Part shown: piece by piece, positions 55,932-64,000 of the stretch | Position numbering within the stretch: position 1 is the first letter of the stretch | Layout: every line of letters starts with the position of its first letter | Sequence record: NC_049851.1 | Strand: one strand, 5' to 3' | DNA: 64,000 nt | Notes under the pieces: generated by a model | The model's database searches: none | Seen by the model: only the letters and a program-made list of their open reading frames with translations | What the model was told of the DNA's origin: nothing | Made by a program: the position numbers and the translations under genes

Positions 55932-56294
55932 TTACAGCTTGTACATGAGTGACGACGCACAGTGCACACCGTACCGCAAATCCGGCATCACGGTTTTCGT
56001 GCTGTGCACCTTCACGTTCTTCGGATCGAGCATCCGGTCGACGGTGATGAATCCATCCATGTTGATGGTGATTCGGTGCCCACGGCGTCGATGGTTGAAG
56101 TCGACGGACCGTGCGTACCAGCGCGTCTCCCACAATTCTTTGTGTTCCTCAGCCGTCTTCTTGAGCGCATCGATACAAAGGTCCCAATTGCGGTTGCGCT
56201 TGGCGTGTCGCGTATCAGGTTCTGCGTGATGTTCCCAGAAGAAGTGGGGCTTCGAGCCTTCGTGGACGGTGTGCGAGCGGGCTGGACGCGTCAT
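55932..56294 (-). CDS. hypothetical protein
   Basis: ATGA overlap with the deaminase. Confidence 0.6.
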   Translation of the reverse strand: MTRPARSHTVHEGSKPHFFWEHHAEPDTRHAKRNRNWDLCIDALKKTAEEHKELWETRWYARSVDFNHRRRGHRITINMDGFITVDRMLDPKNVKVHSTKTVMPDLRYGVHCASSLMYKL

Positions 56295-56740
56295 TCGCCC
56301 ACCTTCCGGACGATAACGCCCGATGCTTGCAGGAGAGGAAGACCGTTCGACCGCTCGTATACGTGCTGGTACACGACCTCGCGAATCTTGGCCCGGATCG
56401 TGTGGAGTGCGCACGGAATGCACGGCCCGTGCGTCGTGTACATGCGAGCGCCTTCCGCGCTTGCGGTCGATCCCGAGAACTTGGACAGTGCGTTGAACTC
56501 AGCGTGCATCACCGTCGGCTTCGTCACCATTTCGAGGCGAGCCACACCGTGTGCACATTCGGTGATTGCATGAAACCGCGTATCGTTTTCGTGGCCCGGT
56601 GGCGTTCCGTTCCAACCCAGCGTGATCATGTCATCCGGTGTCACAATCGCGCAACCGACTCCGTGCTTCGGGTCCACCGACATGGATGCCGCAGAACTCG
56701 CGATCTCCATGTAAAGCATGTCTTCGTTCTCTCGTTGCAT
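56291..56740 (-). CDS. dCMP deaminase
   Basis: VGCAIV...GWNG...HAEFNAL...THGPCIPC zinc deaminase motifs. Confidence 0.9.
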   Translation of the reverse strand: MQRENEDMLYMEIASSAASMSVDPKHGVGCAIVTPDDMITLGWNGTPPGHENDTRFHAITECAHGVARLEMVTKPTVMHAEFNALSKFSGSTASAEGARMYTTHGPCIPCALHTIRAKIREVVYQHVYERSNGLPLLQASGVIVRKVGE

Positions 56741-56789
56741 CTAAATCCTCTGTAAGTGATGTAGCTAAACATTCTACATCACCTGCAAA

Positions 56790-57005
56790 TTATTTACTAC
56801 CGTTTTCTTTCGAATCCAGTAGCCGCTCGGCCGCGTGCAGTTCCACACCGCCAGTCATCTTGTGGTAGATGTAGTTCTGCAATGCGTACTTGTTGTCCGG
56901 GTGGGATTTCTTGGCAGCGTCCCCTGCCTTGTCCCACTTCTTCTCCAGCGACTCCTTGCTGCCCTTTCCTTCCTTAACGTCGTGCTTGATCATGTTGTTC
57001 GGCAT
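56790..57005 (-). CDS. small basic late protein (AAxRL motif)
   Basis: GGAG RBS. Confidence 0.65.
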   Translation of the reverse strand: MPNNMIKHDVKEGKGSKESLEKKWDKAGDAAKKSHPDNKYALQNYIYHKMTGGVELHAAERLLDSKENGSK

Positions 57006-57023
57006 TTCAGTCTCCGCGTTGAA

Positions 57024-57581
57024 TTACACTTGCGAGTGTTGTTCGGTGTTTTGTTGATCTTGTTCGATTTCGTGCGAATTGTATCGAGGCGTGAGATTTC
57101 GGAAGAAGTTGATCGTCTTCATCGAGGGATCGTCGTTTAGCAACGCCTTGACGCCAACGTGCAAAGGCTGCACATCGCTTACTTCGTCGACCCAAACTGC
57201 CTGCGCCGTTTCCCAGTTCAGCGTGGGCTCGAATTCGTGCGGTACGATTGCCAGAAAGTTCTGGTAGCTCATGCCGTGGCCACGGAATACGAGAAGGGGC
57301 ATCAGCTTGACGGGGCCACGATACCCTGCTTCTTCCTGCACCTCGCGGCGCACCGCCTGTGACACGTTCTCACCGTGGTCGACAGCACCTCCCCATGTCC
57401 CCCAGCAGTTCGGGTCGGACACGCCCTCTGAACGCAAAGGCATCAGGAATCGCCCGGTGTCGGCCGCCATGATCAGGCACCCGGCACACACCTTACCCCA
57501 GTAGTTAGGATCGCTAGTCACGAGCGGGGGCAACCACTCGGTATCGCGGATATCGGTCAACAATCTGTACGCTGCTTCCAT
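57024..57581 (-). CDS. NUDIX hydrolase
   Basis: Nudix box GGAVDHGENVSQAVRREVQEEAG. Confidence 0.9.
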   Translation of the reverse strand: MEAAYRLLTDIRDTEWLPPLVTSDPNYWGKVCAGCLIMAADTGRFLMPLRSEGVSDPNCWGTWGGAVDHGENVSQAVRREVQEEAGYRGPVKLMPLLVFRGHGMSYQNFLAIVPHEFEPTLNWETAQAVWVDEVSDVQPLHVGVKALLNDDPSMKTINFFRNLTPRYNSHEIEQDQQNTEQHSQV

Positions 57582-57626
57582 TCTGATCTCCTTGTCTATG
57601 GCATGAAATTAGCCTCCGGGTATAAC

Positions 57627-57652
57627 AAAAAGGCCCGCACTAGGCGAGCCTT
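57627..57652 (-). terminator. intrinsic terminator
   Basis: AAGGCTCG...CGGGCCTTTTT on the minus strand. Confidence 0.65.
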
Positions 57653-57656
57653 CTCA

Positions 57657-58655
57657 TCACTTGAACACGTCGGTGTTGCCGTAGTGTTCGGGGACCTCTA
57701 CGTCGTCGTCCGGAATCGTGGTCGGCAGACTGTCGGTATCCCACGAAGCGCGGAGTTCGGTTGCCGGGGGCAACTTTAGTGCGTCACGAGCAGCGCTTGC
57801 TGCCGCGTGCGCTTCCTCGTCGCGCGCCGTATCGAACACGCGTTGTTGGGCGACTTCGGCCTCGGCCTCGAACAGGGTCTCGGTCGGGGACAGGAGAACC
57901 GGGGCCGTGAGCGCCGACAGGGCTTCCAGACGGTCGTGCAGTTCGATGTACTCGTCTTGCAGTTCCTTGCGCCCGAACAGCGTGGCACGGATGTGCTCTT
58001 CCGGTGCTCGGAAGTTCGGGCCCTTGAGGACCTTGCCATGCTCGTTCTTCGTGGCCGTGCCGTCCGGATTCAGCTTCGTAAAATTCGAACCCATGATGCA
58101 GTGCAGAACCTCTTCCAGCGGAATGCCAAACTTCAGGGCCTCGCTTCGGTTGTACACGTTCATGTCACCCAGCCAGTCCGCGATCATGACGAGTGCTTCC
58201 TCGTCGATGTTCTGCATCACGTTCTCGTGGAACAGGCGTTCCGGGTCCTCGTACACGGTGTTGGCATCGAGCGCGATGGTGGGCTGCATCGCCTTCTGCA
58301 TCAGGGCCACGAGATTCGAGATTCGGGCACCCGGAACACCAACCTTCTCGGACAGCGCGACCAGTTGCTCGTGCGTCGGCTTCTGCTTTTTCTTCACCCA
58401 CTCGCGGAACACCAAGAACGCGAGGATTTCGCGGCCTTCGTGCATTTCCTCTTCCAGCGTCTTCAGGAACCCGGTGATGCGCTCGACCGGCGATTCGCCC
58501 AGCCCGTTCAGCGTGGGCTCCCGATTGACCGGCAGGCCGTACATGCGGTTCATCTTCAGAACAGCCCACGGGAAGAAGTGGCCGATCTCAAGACCGGATG
58601 CTGCGAAGTCACGCGCGGCCGAGCCGACAACGTGGTTGTATTCCTTCAAATCCAA
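57657..58655 (-). CDS. MazG-like/PRA-PH-family dNTP pyrophosphohydrolase (DR2231-like)
   Basis: LEEEMHE...ADWLGDMNVY...EVLHCIMGSNFTK helical NTP-PPase motifs. Confidence 0.65.
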   Translation of the reverse strand: MDLKEYNHVVGSAARDFAASGLEIGHFFPWAVLKMNRMYGLPVNREPTLNGLGESPVERITGFLKTLEEEMHEGREILAFLVFREWVKKKQKPTHEQLVALSEKVGVPGARISNLVALMQKAMQPTIALDANTVYEDPERLFHENVMQNIDEEALVMIADWLGDMNVYNRSEALKFGIPLEEVLHCIMGSNFTKLNPDGTATKNEHGKVLKGPNFRAPEEHIRATLFGRKELQDEYIELHDRLEALSALTAPVLLSPTETLFEAEAEVAQQRVFDTARDEEAHAAASAARDALKLPPATELRASWDTDSLPTTIPDDDVEVPEHYGNTDVFK

Positions 58656-58670
58656 AACGACTCTCCTTTG

Positions 58671-59399
58671 TTAGCGCGTATGCGAGCGATACGGATACGG
58701 CGCGATTTTGCTGATAACGTCAGCGGCGTGTTCACCGAAGCGGTACGCCTTTGCCTTTTCGGGCGACGCGAACTCGATGCCGTCGACAACGGTTTCGGGA
58801 TCACGTGCGTCTTCGAGTTCCGGCCCCGGAGCCTGACCTGCACCGTCGTCACTGCTGTCCGATACGCCGGGGGCCGAGATCGTGAGTGCGCCACCTGCAT
58901 TGGTGATCACCACGTTCGGGTTGCCCGAACCGAAAGCGGGCGGGTTCGAGCCGTGTTGCAGCGTGCCCTTGTGCGCTACCGGCATCGTGTATGGCTGCGG
59001 GGCGTTCGGAACGTTCGGGAATGTGACCGCCGCAGGGGGCGGTTCGTACGCGCGGCGTCGACGGTTGCGTGCGTCCATAGCATCGCGCTCGATATCGGCA
59101 AGCACGCCGTCGAGATCGATGCCCACGGCCTTAGCTGCTTCCGGCAGTTTCATGCCCGCGACAACGGATGCCGGTGCTTCCGGCAGCAGCGAATCGATGT
59201 CGCCCTCGGCAATCGCGTTCAGCACGTCGTTGAAGTTGTTTGCCTCGATGGCCAGCGTGCGCATTCCACGCACCAGATGCAGAGCAGCACGCAGCCCGTG
59301 AACGTATTCGACGGGCGCACCTTTCTTCGATTCTTCCAGAGTGTCGATCACGCGTTCCAGTGTCGGTACGCCACACGCTTTCTGATAAACGTCAGTCAC
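58671..59399 (-). CDS. hypothetical protein
   Basis: AGGAG RBS; overlaps the previous stop. Confidence 0.7.
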   Translation of the reverse strand: MTDVYQKACGVPTLERVIDTLEESKKGAPVEYVHGLRAALHLVRGMRTLAIEANNFNDVLNAIAEGDIDSLLPEAPASVVAGMKLPEAAKAVGIDLDGVLADIERDAMDARNRRRRAYEPPPAAVTFPNVPNAPQPYTMPVAHKGTLQHGSNPPAFGSGNPNVVITNAGGALTISAPGVSDSSDDGAGQAPGPELEDARDPETVVDGIEFASPEKAKAYRFGEHAADVISKIAPYPYRSHTR

Positions 59400-59676
59400 T
59401 CTTCTTCTCCTTCTTGGATTTGGGCTCGGATACGATTACCTCGAATTCGAGTTCACCAGCCTCCGAGCGTTGGGCCAGCAACTCCAGATGTGCCGCGAGT
59501 TTGCGCAGGGCCTTCGCGCTCGAAGGCAGGCTGATGCCCTGAAAGCCCATCTTCCAGACATCCGGCTCCTTTGCCGTAGTGTACTGCTGGCGCACCGAGA
59601 TCAGCTTCTGCCCATCATACTCGATGGGATTGATGTAGATCGCCTTGTTCTCACGGACCTTGAAACGCTTACCCAT
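59392..59676 (-). CDS. PC4/YdbC-like ssDNA-binding protein
   Basis: Y(D)GQKLISVRQQY...WKMGFQGISL matches the PC4 fold pattern. Confidence 0.6.
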   Translation of the reverse strand: MGKRFKVRENKAIYINPIEYDGQKLISVRQQYTTAKEPDVWKMGFQGISLPSSAKALRKLAAHLELLAQRSEAGELEFEVIVSEPKSKKEKKSD

Positions 59677-60088
59677 TGAGCACCGCCGTCATGAAGAGAC
59701 GGTGACGCTGCTCCGTTAGGTTCAGGCGCTTGGTGCCCTCTATCACTATGGGGCGGTGCTCCGGGAACTGGTCGTCGATAACGAATACCCAGTCGGCTTG
59801 CTCGAACAGCTTGAGCGGTGCGTTCTCGGCGCTGGGCTCGCACTCTTCGCGGAACTGCTTCGGGTCCATGACCATGATGTAGCGCCCGGTTGCGCGACCC
59901 GCTCCTGTGCGGTACTTGCGGTATTCGGCAATCGCATGCTTCCACACGCGATGTGCCGCGCGAGGCGCGACGATGGCGATGGGGCCACCGAGATTGAGCG
60001 GCTTGTGTTGCTCCAGTGCCGTGATCACTTGCGACAGGCGGTCGATCCGCGTGTTGCTCAGGTCAAGCCCCACTTCTTCTTTACTCAA
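59669..60088 (-). CDS. hypothetical protein
   Basis: TTG start with AGGAG RBS. Confidence 0.7.
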   Translation of the reverse strand: MSKEEVGLDLSNTRIDRLSQVITALEQHKPLNLGGPIAIVAPRAAHRVWKHAIAEYRKYRTGAGRATGRYIMVMDPKQFREECEPSAENAPLKLFEQADWVFVIDDQFPEHRPIVIEGTKRLNLTEQRHRLFMTAVLNG

Positions 60089-60097
60089 AACGCTCTC

Positions 60098-60316
60098 CTA
60101 GTCCAGAAACCGATGGGTCGGGCCGTTGTCGTCGATGAACGTCAGGCCGTGTTGATCTGCGAGATCATACGCGTACGCCTTGGCAGCGTCAAGGTCTTCG
60201 TACTCCCATACGTTCCGGGAGGCACGCGAATAATCGTCGAATTCGTAGCTCCACGCGAGCACCAGATACAGAATCTTGGGGTCCTTGCGGCTGTAAATCA
60301 GAATCCACTGTTGCAT
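60098..60316 (-). CDS. hypothetical protein
   Basis: GGAGG RBS. Confidence 0.7.
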   Translation of the reverse strand: MQQWILIYSRKDPKILYLVLAWSYEFDDYSRASRNVWEYEDLDAAKAYAYDLADQHGLTFIDDNGPTHRFLD

Positions 60317-60325
60317 GTGGCCTCC

Positions 60326-60868
60326 TTACTTCTTGGGGCGCGGACGCGCCGGGGTCTTGGTGTAGACGATGCGCGTGCGTTCGGGCTTGCGTCCGTTAGC
60401 GGTGTCACTGGCCTTCGAATACATCTTGCGGGGCACGTCAATCCAGCCGTTCTCGGAAGTGCTGGACGCCTCAACCTGATAGATCGTAGTGAACGAGGGC
60501 GCGAAGTTCTCGTGCCAGTAGCGCGTGAGCATGTTCGCGATGATGTGGCCCACGCGATCCTGAAGCTGTTCGCCGTTCTTCTCGTACTGGATGCGGCCCC
60601 AGCCACGAAGGCGCAGCACCCCGTCTTCGGATGCCGGATCGTCGGCCACCATATTGCCGTCCGCGTCCATGATGAAGCCACAGTTGTAGACGAACGGAGG
60701 TCGGTACAGATCGAGCGCGCGGCTCGTCAACTCACCGACTTGCGGCTCGGTGTGTTCGGCTGAACGCCGCAGGCCCTCAGCAACAGCAGCGTCCCAGATT
60801 TCCTGTTCGTCGGGGGCACGGCCATTGAGGGCGATGAAACCACCACGGAAGCTTGCGAGTGTCGGCAT
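60326..60868 (-). CDS. hypothetical protein
   Basis: start moved to ATG 60868 (AAGGAG RBS). Confidence 0.7.
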   Translation of the reverse strand: MPTLASFRGGFIALNGRAPDEQEIWDAAVAEGLRRSAEHTEPQVGELTSRALDLYRPPFVYNCGFIMDADGNMVADDPASEDGVLRLRGWGRIQYEKNGEQLQDRVGHIIANMLTRYWHENFAPSFTTIYQVEASSTSENGWIDVPRKMYSKASDTANGRKPERTRIVYTKTPARPRPKK

Positions 60869-60879
60869 GGGTTGCTCCT

Positions 60880-61044
60880 TTAAGCGAGAAGTGCGAGAAG
60901 TGCGATGGGGATCATAATCAGCGTGGTCACGATCTCGATGGGCGTCGATTTGTCGGCCCAGTTCGCACGTGCCATCTTGCACAGATGGATACGCGTGTTC
61001 AGCGCCATGAACGTGATCGCAGCAACCTTGAGCGTGTAAAGCAT
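60880..61044 (-). CDS. small two-helix membrane protein (54 aa, MLYTLKVAAITFMALN...)
   Basis: read by hand; AGGGG RBS; follows the promoter at 61075-61103. Confidence 0.55.
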   Translation of the reverse strand: MLYTLKVAAITFMALNTRIHLCKMARANWADKSTPIEIVTTLIMIPIALLALLA

Positions 61045-61074
61045 TTCATCCCCTATCCGTTAATCGATAATAGG

Positions 61075-61103
61075 AGTATCGCACGCATCGTTACCGCTGT
61101 CAA
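61075..61103 (-). promoter_or_regulatory. sigma70 promoter without the 27-bp box
   Basis: TTGACA-N17-GATACT with an extended TG. Confidence 0.6.
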
Positions 61104-61131
61104 ACGAAAACGGACCCGAAGGTCCGTTCTC

Positions 61132-61431
61132 TTAGTTCGCGACGTTGAAGTCGACGCGGCGCTCGTACACCAGAGTGGCGTACGGGAAGCCGATCAGCAT
61201 GCCGTTGATTAGGCGCACACCGAACAACTCACTCATGCCATCGGTCTCGACGTTGCCGTTGGTATCGATCAGCATGTACAGGTCTTCCGGACCATTGTCC
61301 AGACGCTGCGAGAACACGGTGCCATACCCCTTCTGCGAAAGGGCCTCGGGCTCGCGCACCACTTGCGTGAACTTGATGTTTTCGGCGTTGACGCCAGCGA
61401 ACTTGCGGGCAGGTGCTTTCTTGGTGCTCAC
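61132..61431 (-). CDS. hypothetical protein
   Basis: GGAGG RBS; GTGA overlap. Confidence 0.7.
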   Translation of the reverse strand: MSTKKAPARKFAGVNAENIKFTQVVREPEALSQKGYGTVFSQRLDNGPEDLYMLIDTNGNVETDGMSELFGVRLINGMLIGFPYATLVYERRVDFNVAN

Positions 61432-62081
61432 TGCTTTTCCTCCAGTTGTTTGAACTCCAGACGCGGAAGCGCGTCACGCACCGCACTCTTTTCGTTCGTG
61501 ATCGTGGCGATCAGTGTCTCACGCGCGCCGGGCGTCGAGGCCAGTTGATGCACGCGCTCCATATGCGGCATGATCTCGGTCTTGAACGCGGGATGCAGGC
61601 GCATGGTCTCGAAGTGGTCGTGCGGAATCATACCCTGCGTCATGATGTAGTTCTCGGCGCGGCGCATGAGCGTGAACTTCCACTCGTCTGCCTGTGCAGC
61701 CTGAAATGCCTCGGCGTCCGGCAGGTGTGCATATTTGCGCAGCGGCGTGATGCGCTTGATGCACTCGTGAATGAACGCGATCTCAGCCTCGCAGGCTGCG
61801 ACGTTGGCATCGTTGATCTCGGACATTGCCGTGATCTCTTCAAGATCGGCGCGGGCTTCCAAACGCTCCCACTCGTGCTCGGCGTTGTTGATCTGCGCAT
61901 GCGCCTTCAACTGCTTTGCGAGCGTGCGCTTGGCCCCGGCCTTGGACATAGCGAGAGCGGCCTCACGGTCCTGTCGAAGATCGTGAAGTAGCGCGTACGC
62001 AGCATCTGCTGTGTGGCAGGCACCGACCATGAAGTACGCGATCTGAAAATCATGGTTTTGTCGATTAGTTTTGTATTGCAT
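61428..62081 (-). CDS. coiled-coil hypothetical protein
   Basis: start moved to ATG 62081; divergent from the propeller gene. Confidence 0.7.
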   Translation of the reverse strand: MQYKTNRQNHDFQIAYFMVGACHTADAAYALLHDLRQDREAALAMSKAGAKRTLAKQLKAHAQINNAEHEWERLEARADLEEITAMSEINDANVAACEAEIAFIHECIKRITPLRKYAHLPDAEAFQAAQADEWKFTLMRRAENYIMTQGMIPHDHFETMRLHPAFKTEIMPHMERVHQLASTPGARETLIATITNEKSAVRDALPRLEFKQLEEKQ

Positions 62082-62120
62082 AAGTCCTAATTTTAGAGTA
62101 TCACACAACAGGAGAAAATC

Positions 62121-63062
62121 ATGCTGCTCTTCAACCCACTCTGGAACAACATAAACAAACCGTGGGGCGTTGGGCGTGCCGTGTTCGGTGGTGGTTCAAG
62201 TTCTGCATTCAACGGCACGAACGTTATCCGCCAGTACACGTTTGCGACCAACACGTGGGCATCGTCCACGACCCTGACATTCGCCCCATACTACGTGGCC
62301 GCAGGCGGCAACGAAACTGAAGCGATCTTCGGCGGCGGTCAGGTCACAACTCCGTCGCCGGGTCCAACCAACACCACCAACAAGTACAACTACAACGCAA
62401 ACGTCTGTGCAGTTGGAACTAACTTGGCCCGAACGCGGTCGAACGCGGCTGGTACAGCAGACGCCAACAATGCTTACTTCTTGGGCGGGGCTGGTGTCAC
62501 GATCACCGAACTGTACAACTTCTCGTCAGACACCGTTAGCGATGGCGGCGCTATCAACAACCCTCCCTACAAGCAAGGGGCAGCGGCCGGTAATGACACG
62601 CAAGCTGCTATTCTTGGGGCCGACAGCGGAGCGGGTGCCAACAACGTTACAATCTACAACTACGCTGCTGGCTCTACGAGCCCGGGCCCCAGCCTCGCAA
62701 ATGGCTTGCAGAGCAGCAGCGCCTGCGGGCTCCCAAGCATGGGCCTGTACGGCGGTGGTTACGATAACACGGCCGCTGCGCGTACTGCTGCCACGTGGAA
62801 GTACACGTACGGTGCGGGCACCCTAGTTTCTGGGACCGCGCTTAGCGTACCGCGTAACCTGCTGGCCGCCACTAACTCCGACAAGACCGGAGTGTTCGGC
62901 GGTGGTATCGGTGATGCCAACGGATCGTATTACTCCACGGTCGACCTGTACGCGTTTGCCACAGACACGGTAACAACAGGCGCGAGTCTTGGGACTCCCA
63001 CAAACGACTTGGCTGCGGCCTCGTCTCCTAACGGTGGACTCACGCCCCCGACAACGCCTTAA
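62121..63062 (+). CDS. Kelch-like beta-propeller virion/tail-associated protein
   Basis: repeats of about 45 aa with A(I/V)FGGG...(K/L)Y-x-Y/F...T...G; Gly/Thr/Asn-rich; AGGAG RBS. Confidence 0.65.
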   Translation: MLLFNPLWNNINKPWGVGRAVFGGGSSSAFNGTNVIRQYTFATNTWASSTTLTFAPYYVAAGGNETEAIFGGGQVTTPSPGPTNTTNKYNYNANVCAVGTNLARTRSNAAGTADANNAYFLGGAGVTITELYNFSSDTVSDGGAINNPPYKQGAAAGNDTQAAILGADSGAGANNVTIYNYAAGSTSPGPSLANGLQSSSACGLPSMGLYGGGYDNTAAARTAATWKYTYGAGTLVSGTALSVPRNLLAATNSDKTGVFGGGIGDANGSYYSTVDLYAFATDTVTTGASLGTPTNDLAAASSPNGGLTPPTTP

Positions 63063-63331
63063 TGCCTGTTGCTATAGAGGTAGGGGAATGCGATGGACTT
63101 CCACGCACCCCTTTCCAGCGGAGACGAGAACTCAAACTCCGGATCACCCACGGCTCCGCGCACGGCCGCCAGAATGATGTCACCACACGGGGAACCAGCA
63201 GCGCGCAGCATCAGCAGGTTGCTGATAAACGAGCCCCACAGTTCCGCAGGCGCGTGCGAATAGCCCGGCTTGAGCGGTGCTTCGCTTTCCGTGAATACCT
63301 GATCTGCAATCATGTCGACTCCCATAAACAA
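63059..63331 (-). CDS. hypothetical protein
   Basis: ORF convergent with the propeller gene; own promoter. Confidence 0.6.
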   Translation of the reverse strand: MFMGVDMIADQVFTESEAPLKPGYSHAPAELWGSFISNLLMLRAAGSPCGDIILAAVRGAVGDPEFEFSSPLERGAWKSIAFPYLYSNRH

Positions 63332-63369
63332 AGAACCCCCAGTCTAGCTGGGGGTTTTTCATTTGTCAA
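63330..63369 (-). promoter_or_regulatory. overlapping intrinsic terminator and sigma70 promoter
   Basis: AACCCCCAG-TCTAG-CTGGGGGTT hairpin; TTGACA(63364-69)-N17-TAGACT(63341-46). Confidence 0.55.
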
Positions 63370-63375
63370 CCGCTT

Positions 63376-63969
63376 TTACAGCGACGCGTCGAGATAGCCG
63401 TACTCGTAACCGACCCCCGCCAAAGTGAGCGAGAACCCCATCGAGAAACGAAATGCCACGTATTTGGCGGTTCGTTCAATGTCGGGATAGCGGTCTTCCT
63501 TCAGCTGGGCCGGAGGCCCCTTATAGACACGCGTACGGTGGAAGTCACCGATGCTGATGGCGCTCACGGTCATGGCTTCGGTCGGGTCAAGAACCTCGTT
63601 CTCTCGCGTCTCGTTGAGGGTGATGCGCTGAATGCCACAGTCGAAGTTGGAAATCAGATCGAGAAGATCGTCATTCTGTGCCACGACCGCATAGGTGTTC
63701 GGGGTCGTGAGACGCGACGCCAGATCACGCGAAGTCGCTTCGACGATTGGGGTGCGCCCCTGACGGATCAGGTTCATGGCCATGCGCTCGACGCCAATGC
63801 GTAACGAATCGACCAAACCCGTGATCCTTTCGCGGGTCTTGGTTTCGTCGTCACTGTACAGAAACGCCGGACACACGCTGACGTGAACGGTCTTGGTTTC
63901 GCTGGTTTCAGCAACCTGCTCGATCCGCGTCGGGCTTATGACACGATAGGTGCCGGGCGTTGCGACCAC
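63376..63969 (-). CDS. hypothetical protein (start uncertain, near the window edge)
   Basis: 197 aa open frame ending at the terminator. Confidence 0.6.
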   Translation of the reverse strand: MVATPGTYRVISPTRIEQVAETSETKTVHVSVCPAFLYSDDETKTRERITGLVDSLRIGVERMAMNLIRQGRTPIVEATSRDLASRLTTPNTYAVVAQNDDLLDLISNFDCGIQRITLNETRENEVLDPTEAMTVSAISIGDFHRTRVYKGPPAQLKEDRYPDIERTAKYVAFRFSMGFSLTLAGVGYEYGYLDASL

Positions 63970-64000
63970 GGGTGCTCCGGACGGACGGAACAGTGAAAGA

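Noticed and set aside
60880-61044. Holin
   Set aside because: It has two hydrophobic helices, but no endolysin or spanin is nearby, and it is first in a sigma70-type operon rather than a late lysis cassette.

Overview
This window is a 64-kb segment of a GC-rich jumbo myovirus (contractile-tail phage) genome. The head/tail gene set and gene order resemble the RSL1/Lu11/PaBG-type jumbo phages; this is inferred from protein character, not from a database search. (i) 1-28.97 kb is a dense early/accessory region of about 70 small, mostly hypothetical ORFs, nearly all on the minus strand. It is cut into about 33 short transcription units by one repeated intergenic element: a sigma70-type promoter (TTGACR-N16/18-TANNNT or CANNNT) preceded by a fixed-length 27-bp imperfect palindrome (AATAACCC-N11-GGGTTATT type). 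The element often carries a GC hairpin inside the -35/-10 spacer, and the upstream gene's stop codon often lies in or against the palindrome. One ArdA-like antirestriction gene is recognisable. (ii) 28.97-31.5 kb is a strand-switch node with four tandem rightward promoters, a short promoter-terminator unit, an array of about 20 A/T-tract repeats at roughly 20-bp period (candidate origin or packaging site), and a GIY-YIG endonuclease with four tandem HTH units. (iii) 31.6-64 kb is a morphogenesis block on the minus strand (tail tube, sheath, tail completion, major capsid, head accessory, scaffold, prohead protease, a 1534-aa SNF2 helicase, HNH, neck proteins). It is followed by dCMP deaminase, NUDIX, MazG-like pyrophosphatase, a PC4-like protein and an inverted beta-propeller gene. 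Other candidate signals are an AAxRL peptide motif shared by seven late proteins and an AATTT(T)A late-promoter-like motif. No tRNA, rRNA, CRISPR array, integrase, transposase, terminase or portal gene was recognised. All functional calls come from reading motifs by eye. Many starts were moved to the RBS-supported ATG.
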